Positions 1 through 8,535 are shown, numbered from the stretch's first letter. The stretch is 64,000 nt of DNA from an uncultured Gammaproteobacteria bacterium (GCA_964587425.1 CAZPLB010000002.1:102053-166052), one strand, 5' to 3'. Notes: generated by a model not told the origin, from the letters alone. Made by a program: numbers and translations.

Positions 1-13
1 ATATGACCAATGC

Positions 14-430
14 ATGATGGCAATTCATCGGCAGGGTGAAGTTTTAGGATCATATCCAAGTGGAAGCTATGACATGTTTATCGAACTTCGAACAGGCATG
101 CTGATAGGAGCACAGACTTCCCAAAGTACAACTGTAATTACCCCATTCGAAACAATTCAAATCGGCGGAGACTCACATTGGGGGCTAGCAACAGATAGGG
201 AGGTATTTCTAAAATTAGCATATCAAGATGAAAGAAGAAGGTTTAACCCTACTAACCTAATCAAATGGATGACAGAAGGAGCCAAGGATCCATACCATAA
301 CGAACCTGAAGCGGTTGTCAAAGCACTAAAACAAAAAGAGCAGGACAAATTAAATCTTGACAAAATGATGTCAGATTTACCAATAGATCAGGTTATAACT
401 ACATTACGGGAACAAGGTTTCGAAATATAA
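14..430 (+). CDS. hypothetical protein, possibly 5'-partial because the frame stays open back to the window start
   Basis: 138-aa ORF with no stop in frame between position 2 and the ATG at 14. I recognised no motif. Confidence 0.35.
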   Translation: MMAIHRQGEVLGSYPSGSYDMFIELRTGMLIGAQTSQSTTVITPFETIQIGGDSHWGLATDREVFLKLAYQDERRRFNPTNLIKWMTEGAKDPYHNEPEAVVKALKQKEQDKLNLDKMMSDLPIDQVITTLREQGFEI

Positions 431-472
431 CTTCACTGCATTTTAAAGAAAACAAGGGAAAAACTGATATAA

Positions 473-832
473 CTATTGCTCTTCTTTTTTTTTAAAAGTT
501 CCTAAAACGAAATCAGCTTTTGTCCCAGCCATTCCTTTTCCTGTTAAACCTGGTACTTTTGCATCTCTCACTTCACCAATTGTTTTATAATTTTTACGAA
601 GTTCTCCAAATGCAGTACTTACAAATCGCTGTTCTTTAATATCCAAACCTTTATAAAACTTGAACCACTCATCCGGTACTCCCTCAACAAAATTAACGCC
701 TTTTCCACAAGCCTGCCATAGGTTACTGGTGAGTAAAGTATCGTCAAGAGAACTGCCAACTGCATTTGCCTGTGATGCAAGTATCTCTTCTTTACGCCGC
801 TTTATTTCGTGTTCACTTGAAGAATCAGCCAT
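473..832 (-). CDS. hypothetical protein
   Basis: 119-aa ORF immediately downstream of 835..1479 with a 2-nt gap, so probably co-transcribed with glyQS. No motif recognised. Confidence 0.35.
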   Translation of the reverse strand: MADSSSEHEIKRRKEEILASQANAVGSSLDDTLLTSNLWQACGKGVNFVEGVPDEWFKFYKGLDIKEQRFVSTAFGELRKNYKTIGEVRDAKVPGLTGKGMAGTKADFVLGTFKKKEEQ

Positions 833-834
833 AC

Positions 835-1479
835 CTACTTTCCGGAATGAGCCAAGCCATCTGAAGCAAATATAGAGTAGCCATTTGAAGTAACCACAGC
901 GCTTCCTGCTTCTGGCTCACCAAATGTCTGCATTGTTACAAACCAAACTCCAGTTGCGGACTTTTCAAGTGTGTATTTAAATTTCCCATCAACTGAAGTT
1001 AAAGCGGTTGTTCCAGTCTGGAAATGCCAATCAGTAGACAGTTTCCCCAAAAGTTTTCCCTTCCCATCTCTAAACCTCAAAGTTAGTGTTCCAGTTTCAA
1101 CTCCAACATCATATCTAAACTTCCCAGAGGACTCGCTACCCAAGAGTAGATCACGATCTATAGAAGTCTGTCCATTTAGTGGGATTGTTCCAGGCACTCC
1201 CTGTGTCTGTCCGCTTGCCACTTTATAAATAAGCTCATAATCCATAGAAGAAACTCCTTTTACTTTATCTATGTTTGTAATTTTCAATTTTAACCAATGT
1301 CCATCAGACTTAGGAAGAAGTTCTGCTGTTGGTCTCTGATCAGCTGGAAGCTCAGCAACAGGACCATCTTCAACTTGAGTAGTATCAGTGTTTTGATTCC
1401 TGCGTATCATTAAAACTACACCAACAAAAACAAGGATTCCAACCCCAAGAAGAATAAATGGCAAGTATTTTTTATTCAT
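835..1479 (-). CDS. membrane-anchored extracytoplasmic hypothetical protein
   Basis: N-terminal hydrophobic segment (LPFILLGVGILVFVGVVLMI) followed by a Thr/Gly-rich soluble domain. It starts 2 nt after the glyQS stop. Confidence 0.45.
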   Translation of the reverse strand: MNKKYLPFILLGVGILVFVGVVLMIRRNQNTDTTQVEDGPVAELPADQRPTAELLPKSDGHWLKLKITNIDKVKGVSSMDYELIYKVASGQTQGVPGTIPLNGQTSIDRDLLLGSESSGKFRYDVGVETGTLTLRFRDGKGKLLGKLSTDWHFQTGTTALTSVDGKFKYTLEKSATGVWFVTMQTFGEPEAGSAVVTSNGYSIFASDGLAHSGK

Positions 1480-1480
1480 A

Positions 1481-2785
1481 TTACTTCAATTTAGTTTGAA
1501 GAAAGTTCTCCAACTTGTCAATGGACACTCTCTCTTGTTTTGCAGTATCACGATCTCGAACAGTAACCATATCATCTTTCAAACTGTCAAAGTCAACTGT
1601 TATGCAATATGGTGTTCCAATTTCATCCTGTGCAAAATATCTTTTACCAATGTTTCCTCTGGAATCATAATTAACCATAAATTTCTGTCTCAAGTTTTCG
1701 TAAATTTCATGTGCTTTTTTAGTAAGTTCTTCCTTATTTGCCAAAAGTGGAAAAATTGCAGCTTTATATGCCGCAAGTCTTGGATCCAGTTTCAGATAAA
1801 TCCTCTCCCCATCTTCTTTGTATGAATCAATAAGCAAAAATAAAATTGATCTATCAACCCCTGCAGAGGTTTCAATATCCCATGGTATATATTCCTCATT
1901 TGTAATTGGATCACGGTATTTCATGTTTTTTCCTGAATATTCTCCGTGCCGCCTCAGATCCCAATCTCCCCTGTGGTGTATTCCCATAAACTCACTCCAC
2001 CCCCAAGGAGCCTTGTATTCAATATCTGTTGCCATCTTTGCATAGTGCGCCCTTTCGTCATCTTCATGATCTCGGAACCTTAAATTTTCTTTATCCATCC
2101 CTAGTCCCAAATACCATTTCATTCTCTCTTCCTTCCAATATTCAAACCATTTCTTTCCTTCTTTCTCTTCAGGCTTTATGTAAAACTGCACTTCCATTTG
2201 TTCAAATTCACGGCTCCTGAAAGTAAAGTTTCCCGGAGTTATTTCATTTCGAAATGCCTTACCAACCTGTGCTATTCCAAAAGGAATTTTTACTCGGCTT
2301 GAGTCAACTACGTTTTTAAAGTTCACATGAACTCCATTTGTAATTTCTCCACGAAGAAATATTTCAGATTCTTTTCCTTCAATTATTCCCAAATATGCCT
2401 TCACCAGAAGATTAAATTTCTGGGGTTCAGTCCACTCAACTTTTTTACCCTTGTGAGTTTTTTCGTGCGCTTCAATCTCATCGGGCTTGTCAGAACGATA
2501 CCTTTGGTGACAAATCTTGCATTCAACCAGTGGATCAGTAAATGCTTCCACATGTCCTGATGCCTCCCAAGCTCTGGGGTTCATCATAATTGCAGCGTCA
2601 ACTCCAACTACATCATCACGAAGTTGTACCATTTCCTTCCACCACAAATCCTTCAAGTTTTTCTTGATTAAACTTCCAACTGGACCATAATCCCAAGTTC
2701 CGGCAAGTCCTCCATATATTTCACTTCCTGGAAATATAATTCCGCGTCTTTTACAAAGTGCTACTATTTTTTCCAAAGAAACCAT
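1481..2785 (-). CDS. glyQS: glycine--tRNA ligase (dimeric class II GlyRS)
   Basis: N-terminus KRRGIIFPGSEIYGGLAGTWDYGPVG and class II motif 2 GKAFRNEITPGNFTFRSREFEQME are diagnostic for alpha2-type GlyRS. The 434-aa length fits. Confidence 0.9.
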   Translation of the reverse strand: MVSLEKIVALCKRRGIIFPGSEIYGGLAGTWDYGPVGSLIKKNLKDLWWKEMVQLRDDVVGVDAAIMMNPRAWEASGHVEAFTDPLVECKICHQRYRSDKPDEIEAHEKTHKGKKVEWTEPQKFNLLVKAYLGIIEGKESEIFLRGEITNGVHVNFKNVVDSSRVKIPFGIAQVGKAFRNEITPGNFTFRSREFEQMEVQFYIKPEEKEGKKWFEYWKEERMKWYLGLGMDKENLRFRDHEDDERAHYAKMATDIEYKAPWGWSEFMGIHHRGDWDLRRHGEYSGKNMKYRDPITNEEYIPWDIETSAGVDRSILFLLIDSYKEDGERIYLKLDPRLAAYKAAIFPLLANKEELTKKAHEIYENLRQKFMVNYDSRGNIGKRYFAQDEIGTPYCITVDFDSLKDDMVTVRDRDTAKQERVSIDKLENFLQTKLK

Positions 2786-2835
2786 GTCTAATTATACCTG
2801 AAGTTCATTTAAAGTATATATTTGGGAAATCAAAC

Positions 2836-3678
2836 TCATAAAATATAAATATCTTGTCCATATTCACTTACCCCAACCTTCTCACCCTTTCCTTCAAGAA
2901 TTGATTCAAGCCCTCGGCATGCAAAACATCCTTCTTTTGGACATTTCAAATGATTAATCTTGCGTCCTAAACTTATCCTCTTGGCAACCTCATATACTTT
3001 TTCATATGAATCCTTTAAATCTGGCAATTCCATTTCCTTGAGTCCAGTATCATTGTCCAAGTACCAGTAACTCACTTTTTCAACATTTCGCTTTTGCAAA
3101 TTTTTTGCAAGCAAATAATAGATGGGTAATTGAAGGCTCTCGCCATCCTCTTCATGTTTTCCAGTTTTAAAATCAATAATATGAACTCCATCTGTTTCAT
3201 CGAGGTACTCCACCCAATCAATTTTCCCGCACAAAATTATATTGTCTTCCTCACTCAGCCAATAGTAAGGTAATCCGCTTTCACTTTTTATTTTTATAGC
3301 CTTACTTGAAAGTGGTCCGGGATTATCCATAATTTTCTTTAACATTTTTCTGCCCCTTTCCTTGAATTCTTCCTCCTCTGTTTTCGATCTAAATCCTCCC
3401 TTTTTACCACTTACCTTTTCCCAAGCAGTATCATATTTTTGAAGTACAGTATCATCAAACCTTTCTTCAACGGGCAAAATGGATAGTGATTCAATAATTT
3501 CATGTACTATCATCCCTAATGTTAGGGAAGGTGAGACAATAGTCATCTTGTGTCCTGTCTTTGGATCTTTGTATACATTTCGAAGGTAGTAAAGTCTAGG
3601 GCACTTCAAAAAATCAGCAATTGAAGAATGGGAAACCCAAGTAGCTTTGAATTTGTCTTTTGTAGAACTATCCTGCAT
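2836..3678 (-). CDS. PD-(D/E)XK nuclease, Cas4/RecB-like, with a 4-Cys cluster
   Basis: One N-terminal Cys (FLKCPRLYY) plus a C-terminal CPKEGCFAC cluster. Core D..D/E.K element GKIDWVEYLDETDGVHIIDFKTGK. This is the Cas4/AddB-nuclease-domain architecture, and no cas genes or repeats lie nearby. Confidence 0.6.
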   Translation of the reverse strand: MQDSSTKDKFKATWVSHSSIADFLKCPRLYYLRNVYKDPKTGHKMTIVSPSLTLGMIVHEIIESLSILPVEERFDDTVLQKYDTAWEKVSGKKGGFRSKTEEEEFKERGRKMLKKIMDNPGPLSSKAIKIKSESGLPYYWLSEEDNIILCGKIDWVEYLDETDGVHIIDFKTGKHEEDGESLQLPIYYLLAKNLQKRNVEKVSYWYLDNDTGLKEMELPDLKDSYEKVYEVAKRISLGRKINHLKCPKEGCFACRGLESILEGKGEKVGVSEYGQDIYIL

Positions 3679-4207
3679 TTAGGATCATTATAGCGTAATT
3701 TAGAAGCATGGCAAAACTAACCCAAACAAGATATGGAATCAAAACATATGAAGCCCTCTTATCAACCCATGTAAACTTAACAATCATAATTATAATGGTT
3801 AGCCACAGAAGTACGATTTCATACAAAGCTATGCGCAAATCGTGAAGCCCAAAGAAAAGAAGTGTCCAGAGAAAATTAAGTATTAGATTTAATGTAAAAC
3901 AAATGAGTGCAAACCAACTATGCTTCTTGGCTGTCCAAGTAATGTAAAGCGATACTGCTATTAAAAAGTAGAGAAGTATCCAAATAGATCCAAAAACCCA
4001 ATTAGGAGGAGTAAAACTTGGTTTAATTAAGCTCAAATACCAATTATCAATAAAAGATCTTGCAACTACCACTCCTCCTGCAAGTCCAGTCCCTAATACC
4101 AAACCAAAACTAATGACTAGTTTCAAAAATTTATTGTTGTGCTGTATACCAATCTTCTTCCTTTTTGCCATTAATTCATTATATGTACAAATCTCTACGG
4201 CTTGCAA
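3668..4207 (-). CDS. tspO: TspO/MBR family tryptophan-rich sensory protein
   Basis: 179 aa with 5 predicted TM helices. Motif LIKPSFTPPNWVFGSIWILLYFLIAVSLY matches the TspO signature (KPsw.PP.wvFgpvWtiLY). Confidence 0.6.
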   Translation of the reverse strand: MQAVEICTYNELMAKRKKIGIQHNNKFLKLVISFGLVLGTGLAGGVVVARSFIDNWYLSLIKPSFTPPNWVFGSIWILLYFLIAVSLYITWTAKKHSWFALICFTLNLILNFLWTLLFFGLHDLRIALYEIVLLWLTIIIMIVKFTWVDKRASYVLIPYLVWVSFAMLLNYAIMILNAG

Positions 4208-4710
4208 TTAGGCCAAAAGTTTCGGCCTCGTGTTGCAAGTAAATACGCTGCAGTCTGTACAGATGCCTTTGCATCAAACCTCAAATTAATGTTTATGTCC
4301 TCCCCCATTACTTTTCTGGTATTTTGCCAAGTAACAGGTTCAAACTGATAAAGACCTATGTATGGACCATTTTTGGCATTTGGATTAAATCCACTTTCAC
4401 AAATTGCAATATGGCGAAGTACATTTGGATCAGTTGCATATTGTCCTGCAAAACTTTCAATAAACCCATTAATTTCCTGAGATGTAACAGGAATTGGAGT
4501 TGGAAGAGGTTTGGGAGTAATTGTTGGCAAAGGTATCGGTGCAGGAGTTGGTGTTAAAGAAGGAAGGGGTGTAGCTGTAATTGCAGGCATGGGACTAACC
4601 TCAATTTTTTCAGCCAAGACAACAGGGTTTGGTTTACTGGCCGAATGTAAAATCCCAAGTATCGCAGGAATTAAAGTAGCAGCTATACCTAAAAAGAAAA
4701 ATTTCCTCAA
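4195..4710 (-). CDS. secreted Rpf-like transglycosylase-domain protein with a Pro/Thr-rich linker
   Basis: Signal/TM N-terminus, then a PTPAPIPLPTITPKPLPTPIP low-complexity linker. C-terminal IAICESGFNPNAKNGPYIGLYQFEPVTW resembles the Rpf/transglycosylase-like domain (CESGGNW...GLxQF..tW). Confidence 0.5.
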   Translation of the reverse strand: MRKFFFLGIAATLIPAILGILHSASKPNPVVLAEKIEVSPMPAITATPLPSLTPTPAPIPLPTITPKPLPTPIPVTSQEINGFIESFAGQYATDPNVLRHIAICESGFNPNAKNGPYIGLYQFEPVTWQNTRKVMGEDININLRFDAKASVQTAAYLLATRGRNFWPNCKP

Positions 4711-4711
4711 G

Positions 4712-4909
4712 TTAAGAAACTTTTGCAGCCTCTAGTTCATCTTCCATCTCGTCAACCGGAGTCGCACTCAAATGTTCGCCATCGGTACAGCTGCATTCGG
4801 CCAGTGGTTTTCCGTTTCTTGGACAATCCTCAGTCATACAAACTCCAGGAGTGTCAGAAACTCCTTTGCATTCCAAACAAACATAGTGGGTTTTCTGTAT
4901 TTGTTCCAT
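4712..4909 (-). CDS. small Cys-rich, zinc-ribbon-like protein
   Basis: 65 aa with 7 Cys (CLEC, CMTEDC, ECSC) and an acidic C-tail. Start and stop are tightly coupled to both neighbours (4710/4712 and 4909/4911). Confidence 0.35.
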   Translation of the reverse strand: MEQIQKTHYVCLECKGVSDTPGVCMTEDCPRNGKPLAECSCTDGEHLSATPVDEMEDELEAAKVS

Positions 4910-4910
4910 A

Positions 4911-5309
4911 CTATTCAGATGTTACTCCATCAAACTCTTCAGAATCAAGACTAGCATCTTCTTTAGTTTTATGTATCGTTTTATCCTTATGGTGGGGAGG
5001 CGAGTAAATTGTGTAAAGTTTCAATGATTCAGTATCTGAAGTATTAATAACATTGTGCTGTGCTCCAGCTGGTACAACCACAACATCGCCGCTACGAACA
5101 GGATATTCATTTACATCAACTATCACCTTTCCATTTCCAACTTCAAACCTAAAAAACTGATCATTGTCATTGTGTGTCTCCATTCCAATTTCTTCAAGTG
5201 TTTTTAAAGACATAAGAACTAACTGTGAGTGTTTCGCTGTATAAACTACCTGTCTGAAGTCAGAATTTCCACTAACCAATTCCTCTATATTTGCCTTGAA
5301 ACCCTTCAT
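4911..5309 (-). CDS. cupin domain protein
   Basis: VVVVPAGAQHNVINTSDTESLKLYTIYSPP is a typical cupin_2 beta-barrel motif. 132 aa. Confidence 0.55.
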   Translation of the reverse strand: MKGFKANIEELVSGNSDFRQVVYTAKHSQLVLMSLKTLEEIGMETHNDNDQFFRFEVGNGKVIVDVNEYPVRSGDVVVVPAGAQHNVINTSDTESLKLYTIYSPPHHKDKTIHKTKEDASLDSEEFDGVTSE

Positions 5310-5345
5310 AATTACAATTGATTATGTACCTCCATAAATATCTAG

Positions 5346-6017
5346 TCAAGGTTTTGCATATAAATCCACTCCAAAAGCATTTGATATTCTATCAAACACT
5401 TTCCCTTTATCATCTTTGATATTCTTATCAAAAATAAAAGGGTTTTTATTTTCATCAAATCTATAAATTACAAAAGGGCTACCTTTTGCCTCAGTTCCAG
5501 AAATACACAAGAAACCACCAGGCTTAATTATATTAGATATATTCACCATAATACTTTCAGTCTGTTTATCCCCGAGAGTATTCTGTTGGATAGATTGATA
5601 TAGATTATTCATCAAAAAGACTGCTTCGAAAGTATTTTTTGCAAATGGAGGCCGATATCCATCACCTGCAAAAATTACTGGATCCTTGCCGCCAGTCTGA
5701 TATTGTCGCTCGTCACCTCCTGTAACATCTCCCAATACTCGAGCCACTCTCTCAGCAATACTTCTTTCTTTACTATCAATTAGCATCTGTCTATTTACTT
5801 CTATAGAATAAACTTGGACATTAGATCCGAATATATTTGCTAAATCTTTTGTAGTCTCTCCAGTAGATGACCCCACTTCAAGAATATTCCCATGGGTTAT
5901 TATTTTTCTTAATTTCTCGATATTGCGTCCGAAAGTCTGTTCAACTCTACCAGCCCAAGTCAAAAATTCAGTATGATATCCCTTAGTCTTATCAAACGAA
6001 TATTTTTTATCAGCCAT
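5346..6017 (-). CDS. class I SAM-dependent methyltransferase
   Basis: Glycine-rich motif I ILEVGSSTGETT followed by an acidic motif-II-like stretch. 223 aa. Confidence 0.5.
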   Translation of the reverse strand: MADKKYSFDKTKGYHTEFLTWAGRVEQTFGRNIEKLRKIITHGNILEVGSSTGETTKDLANIFGSNVQVYSIEVNRQMLIDSKERSIAERVARVLGDVTGGDERQYQTGGKDPVIFAGDGYRPPFAKNTFEAVFLMNNLYQSIQQNTLGDKQTESIMVNISNIIKPGGFLCISGTEAKGSPFVIYRFDENKNPFIFDKNIKDDKGKVFDRISNAFGVDLYAKP

Positions 6018-6031
6018 ACTTATCTAAGTTA

Positions 6032-7108
6032 CTATTCCAGTTTCAAACTATCAAGTTCAGGAAGTGACTTCCCAACTACTCCTTGAAAATCTCCATACAA
6101 TCCGTGCGTGTGATCAATCACTTTCCGTATCTCCTTCTCCTGTCTTGCCCACTTGGTATTAAAGTATCTTTTTTCTTTTTCTATATCATCCTGTAACCCT
6201 GAAAATATATCTATAATCCCTTCCACCCTGTTGCGAAATTCTGTACCAGTTATATATTGGTAAAGAATTGTCATTTTTTCATCTTTACCTTCACTTGATT
6301 TTCTTTCATGGTATAAACTGACTAAATTAAAACGCAAACTCCATGCAAGCGGTAAGAAATTCTTCAAGTTACAAATCCACACACCATCTCGGTATGTAAA
6401 ACTATCAATTCCATCAGGCATATGGACGCTCACCAAGACAAGGAGATCAGCTTTTGCCTGTCTTCCATCTTCTTTGAGTTTTGCAATCCATCCATCGGTC
6501 CACTTTGCATTCTTACTTTCCCAAAGAATAACTCCAGTTGACCTCCCCAATTTATCAACAACGATCTGAGTAAGATCAGCTCCACGAACACCTTTCTTAA
6601 CCTCACTAATCTTATCCATTGGAAATTCAGTCTTTAATTTTGTTTCAAGTTCAAGTTCAAGAGACTCACCCTGTGTTTGCTGCGATCCCTGTTGCATCTT
6701 AGTCTTCAAAATTTCAACCTGGGAAAGCGCATCAGCAAGTTTTTTATCCTTCTCCAAATCTTTCAGTTGATGTTCCTCGAGAGCTTTCTTTCTGGTCTCA
6801 ACTTTAATTTTTTCTTCTTCATCAAGAAGCTTCTTCTTCATCTCAATTTCACGCTCCTCATCCTTCTCACGAAGTTTTCGCACCTCCCCCAATAGTTCAT
6901 CAATTTGATCAGTTAATTTCTTACTTCTCTCACGTTCTGCCTCTAAATCCTTACCAGCCTTTTTAGAAAGTTCAATTTTCAAGTTTTCAATTTCCTCTTT
7001 ATGCTTCTCACCTAAATCAGCCGCAACCTTCTCTTGAAGTTCATGAGCAAAAGCCTCAGTCAGTTCAAAATCTTTACTACAATGTGGACACTTAATAGTA
7101 TTTTTCAT
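6032..7108 (-). CDS. DUF2130-like protein: N-terminal zinc ribbon, long coiled coil, C-terminal PD-(D/E)XK-like domain
   Basis: N-terminus IKCPHCSKDFEL. About 150 aa of E/K-rich heptad-like sequence. C-terminus GADLTQIVVD...GVILWESKNAK gives a D...ExK arrangement. It starts 4 nt inside the preceding gene, so it is co-operonic with 7105..7842. Confidence 0.5.
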   Translation of the reverse strand: MKNTIKCPHCSKDFELTEAFAHELQEKVAADLGEKHKEEIENLKIELSKKAGKDLEAERERSKKLTDQIDELLGEVRKLREKDEEREIEMKKKLLDEEEKIKVETRKKALEEHQLKDLEKDKKLADALSQVEILKTKMQQGSQQTQGESLELELETKLKTEFPMDKISEVKKGVRGADLTQIVVDKLGRSTGVILWESKNAKWTDGWIAKLKEDGRQAKADLLVLVSVHMPDGIDSFTYRDGVWICNLKNFLPLAWSLRFNLVSLYHERKSSEGKDEKMTILYQYITGTEFRNRVEGIIDIFSGLQDDIEKEKRYFNTKWARQEKEIRKVIDHTHGLYGDFQGVVGKSLPELDSLKLE

Positions 7109-7842
7109 ACGAGTAAAACTTCTTCTAAATTTTTTAAATCCTTATTTCTAACCTGGATAAGTTTTAAGTCATATTTTTGGTATAACTTAATTTTCTCATC
7201 TTTGCGAATCAAATACTTGTCGTCATTCATCCCCCAATACTCTATATATATTCCAGCTTTTGAACTCGAACTTGGTATATAAAAATCGCAAATAACTACT
7301 TCATTTATTGGCACTTGTTGTTCATATACATGGACTATTTTGTGATCAAAAAGCCAATCATCAATCAAAACTTCAGCATAACTTCTCACAAAATGCCCAT
7401 CTTTAGTTTTATTCTGTGGTGGGTTTGATTTTAGGTATTTCTGATCTGCCGAAGAAAGCCTTTCCTTAGATTTAAACTTTGAAATTAGTTTATCAAACTG
7501 TATAGAGTTTACTTTTGCTTTCGGGAAACCCCTTTTACCATCAAAAAATATGATTCCATCAATTTCCGGTTTCGACAGTGGCCTATACTTTTCTTCCCTT
7601 TTTACTCTAACTTGCCATGGATAAGCACCACCCCAAGCATCCGGTTTTATATCCTTTGCCGAATGCGATATCGCTTCAAAGACACCATGCAAAATTCCAT
7701 CACTGTAATCATATAAAAACAATATATCTCCAGTACTCACATCTTTTACTTGAGAAGTATATCTCTCAGTTCCACCAAATATATTATCTCGTAGACACTC
7801 TTTCTTTGTATATCTTGAACACAAGAATATATATACCGACAT
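7105..7842 (-). CDS. PUA-like (EVE/DCD-type) reader domain fused to a Vsr/DUF559-type endonuclease
   Basis: N-terminal IFLCSRYTKKECLRDNIFGG ... ILFLYDYSDGILHGVFEAIS ... AWGGAYPWQVRVK matches the DCD/EVE (PUA-fold) pattern. C-terminal SYAEVLIDDWLFDHKIVHVYEQQVPINEVVICDFYIPSSSSKAGIYIEYWG...LIQVRNKDL matches the DUF559/Vsr-like restriction-endonuclease-fold signature. Confidence 0.55.
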   Translation of the reverse strand: MSVYIFLCSRYTKKECLRDNIFGGTERYTSQVKDVSTGDILFLYDYSDGILHGVFEAISHSAKDIKPDAWGGAYPWQVRVKREEKYRPLSKPEIDGIIFFDGKRGFPKAKVNSIQFDKLISKFKSKERLSSADQKYLKSNPPQNKTKDGHFVRSYAEVLIDDWLFDHKIVHVYEQQVPINEVVICDFYIPSSSSKAGIYIEYWGMNDDKYLIRKDEKIKLYQKYDLKLIQVRNKDLKNLEEVLLV

Positions 7843-7848
7843 AGCCGT

Positions 7849-8535
7849 TCATTTTACCACTTCAGTTAATCTTTTCTTAGCCACCTCACAATATTTTTCA
7901 TTAATCTCTACCCCAACTCCTTCTCTCTCCAACATCTTGCATACCACCAAAGTTGTTCCACTCCCCATAAAAGGATCAAGAATGAGATCTTCCTCAGTAC
8001 TAAACATCTGTATTAGTCTTCTTGGTATTTCAACAGGGAAAGCTGCAGGGTGCCCTAGTTTCTTTTGACTCTCTCCACTAAACTGCCAAATATTATTCAC
8101 CCATTCTCTGAATTCTGCCTTTACTGGCTTCCACTCACCTTTGTATAAAACAATAATAACTTCAACTGCTTTTGAAAAAGCCATTGAATATTTATTTCGA
8201 ACACTCTGTTTATTCCAAATTATTGTACCTTTGTATCTGAAACCTGCCCTTTTAGCTAACAATGTAATATCAGCGTACAAACTTCTCTTTTCACCCTTTC
8301 CTGTATCAATGGGTACATTAATACAAATCCTTCCATTATCTTTGAGTAATTCAAAACATTTAATAAGCCAGTTCCTACTAAATTCCAAATAATCTTTGTA
8401 ACTTTCATTATCTTTATACACTCCATAATCAATTCCCAAATTGTATGGAGGTGAAGTTATAATTAGATCAACTGAAGAATTTTCAAGTTCTACTTTCAAA
8501 AAATCTTCATTATATATCCTCATATTTTGGGGCAT
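7849..8535 (-). CDS. beta-class amino-DNA methyltransferase (N4-cytosine or N6-adenine), SPPY motif
   Basis: VDLIITSPPYN (motif IV) is followed late by LILDPFMGSGTTLVVC (motif I, FxGxG), which is the beta-class order. I chose the start at MPQNMRIYNEDF (8535) rather than the longer ORF start at 8589. Confidence 0.75.
   Translation of the reverse strand: MPQNMRIYNEDFLKVELENSSVDLIITSPPYNLGIDYGVYKDNESYKDYLEFSRNWLIKCFELLKDNGRICINVPIDTGKGEKRSLYADITLLAKRAGFRYKGTIIWNKQSVRNKYSMAFSKAVEVIIVLYKGEWKPVKAEFREWVNNIWQFSGESQKKLGHPAAFPVEIPRRLIQMFSTEEDLILDPFMGSGTTLVVCKMLEREGVGVEINEKYCEVAKKRLTEVVK

Noticed and set aside
473-832. Restriction endonuclease fragment interpretation of the 119-aa ORF near the window start
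   Set aside because: There is no PD-(D/E)XK, HNH or GIY-YIG pattern. The only feature is a G/K-rich tail, so I left it as hypothetical.
1496-2560. Plus-strand ORFs (109, 75, 63 and 77 aa) antisense to glyQS
   Set aside because: They lie entirely inside a high-confidence conserved gene on the other strand and translate to low-complexity Phe/Ile/Ser-rich products typical of AT-rich antisense frames.
4712-4909. RiPP precursor interpretation of the 65-aa Cys-rich ORF
   Set aside because: The cysteines sit in the N-terminal two-thirds and the C-terminus is acidic. That is the opposite of a leader-core layout, and no radical-SAM, YcaO or LanB/C enzymes are nearby.
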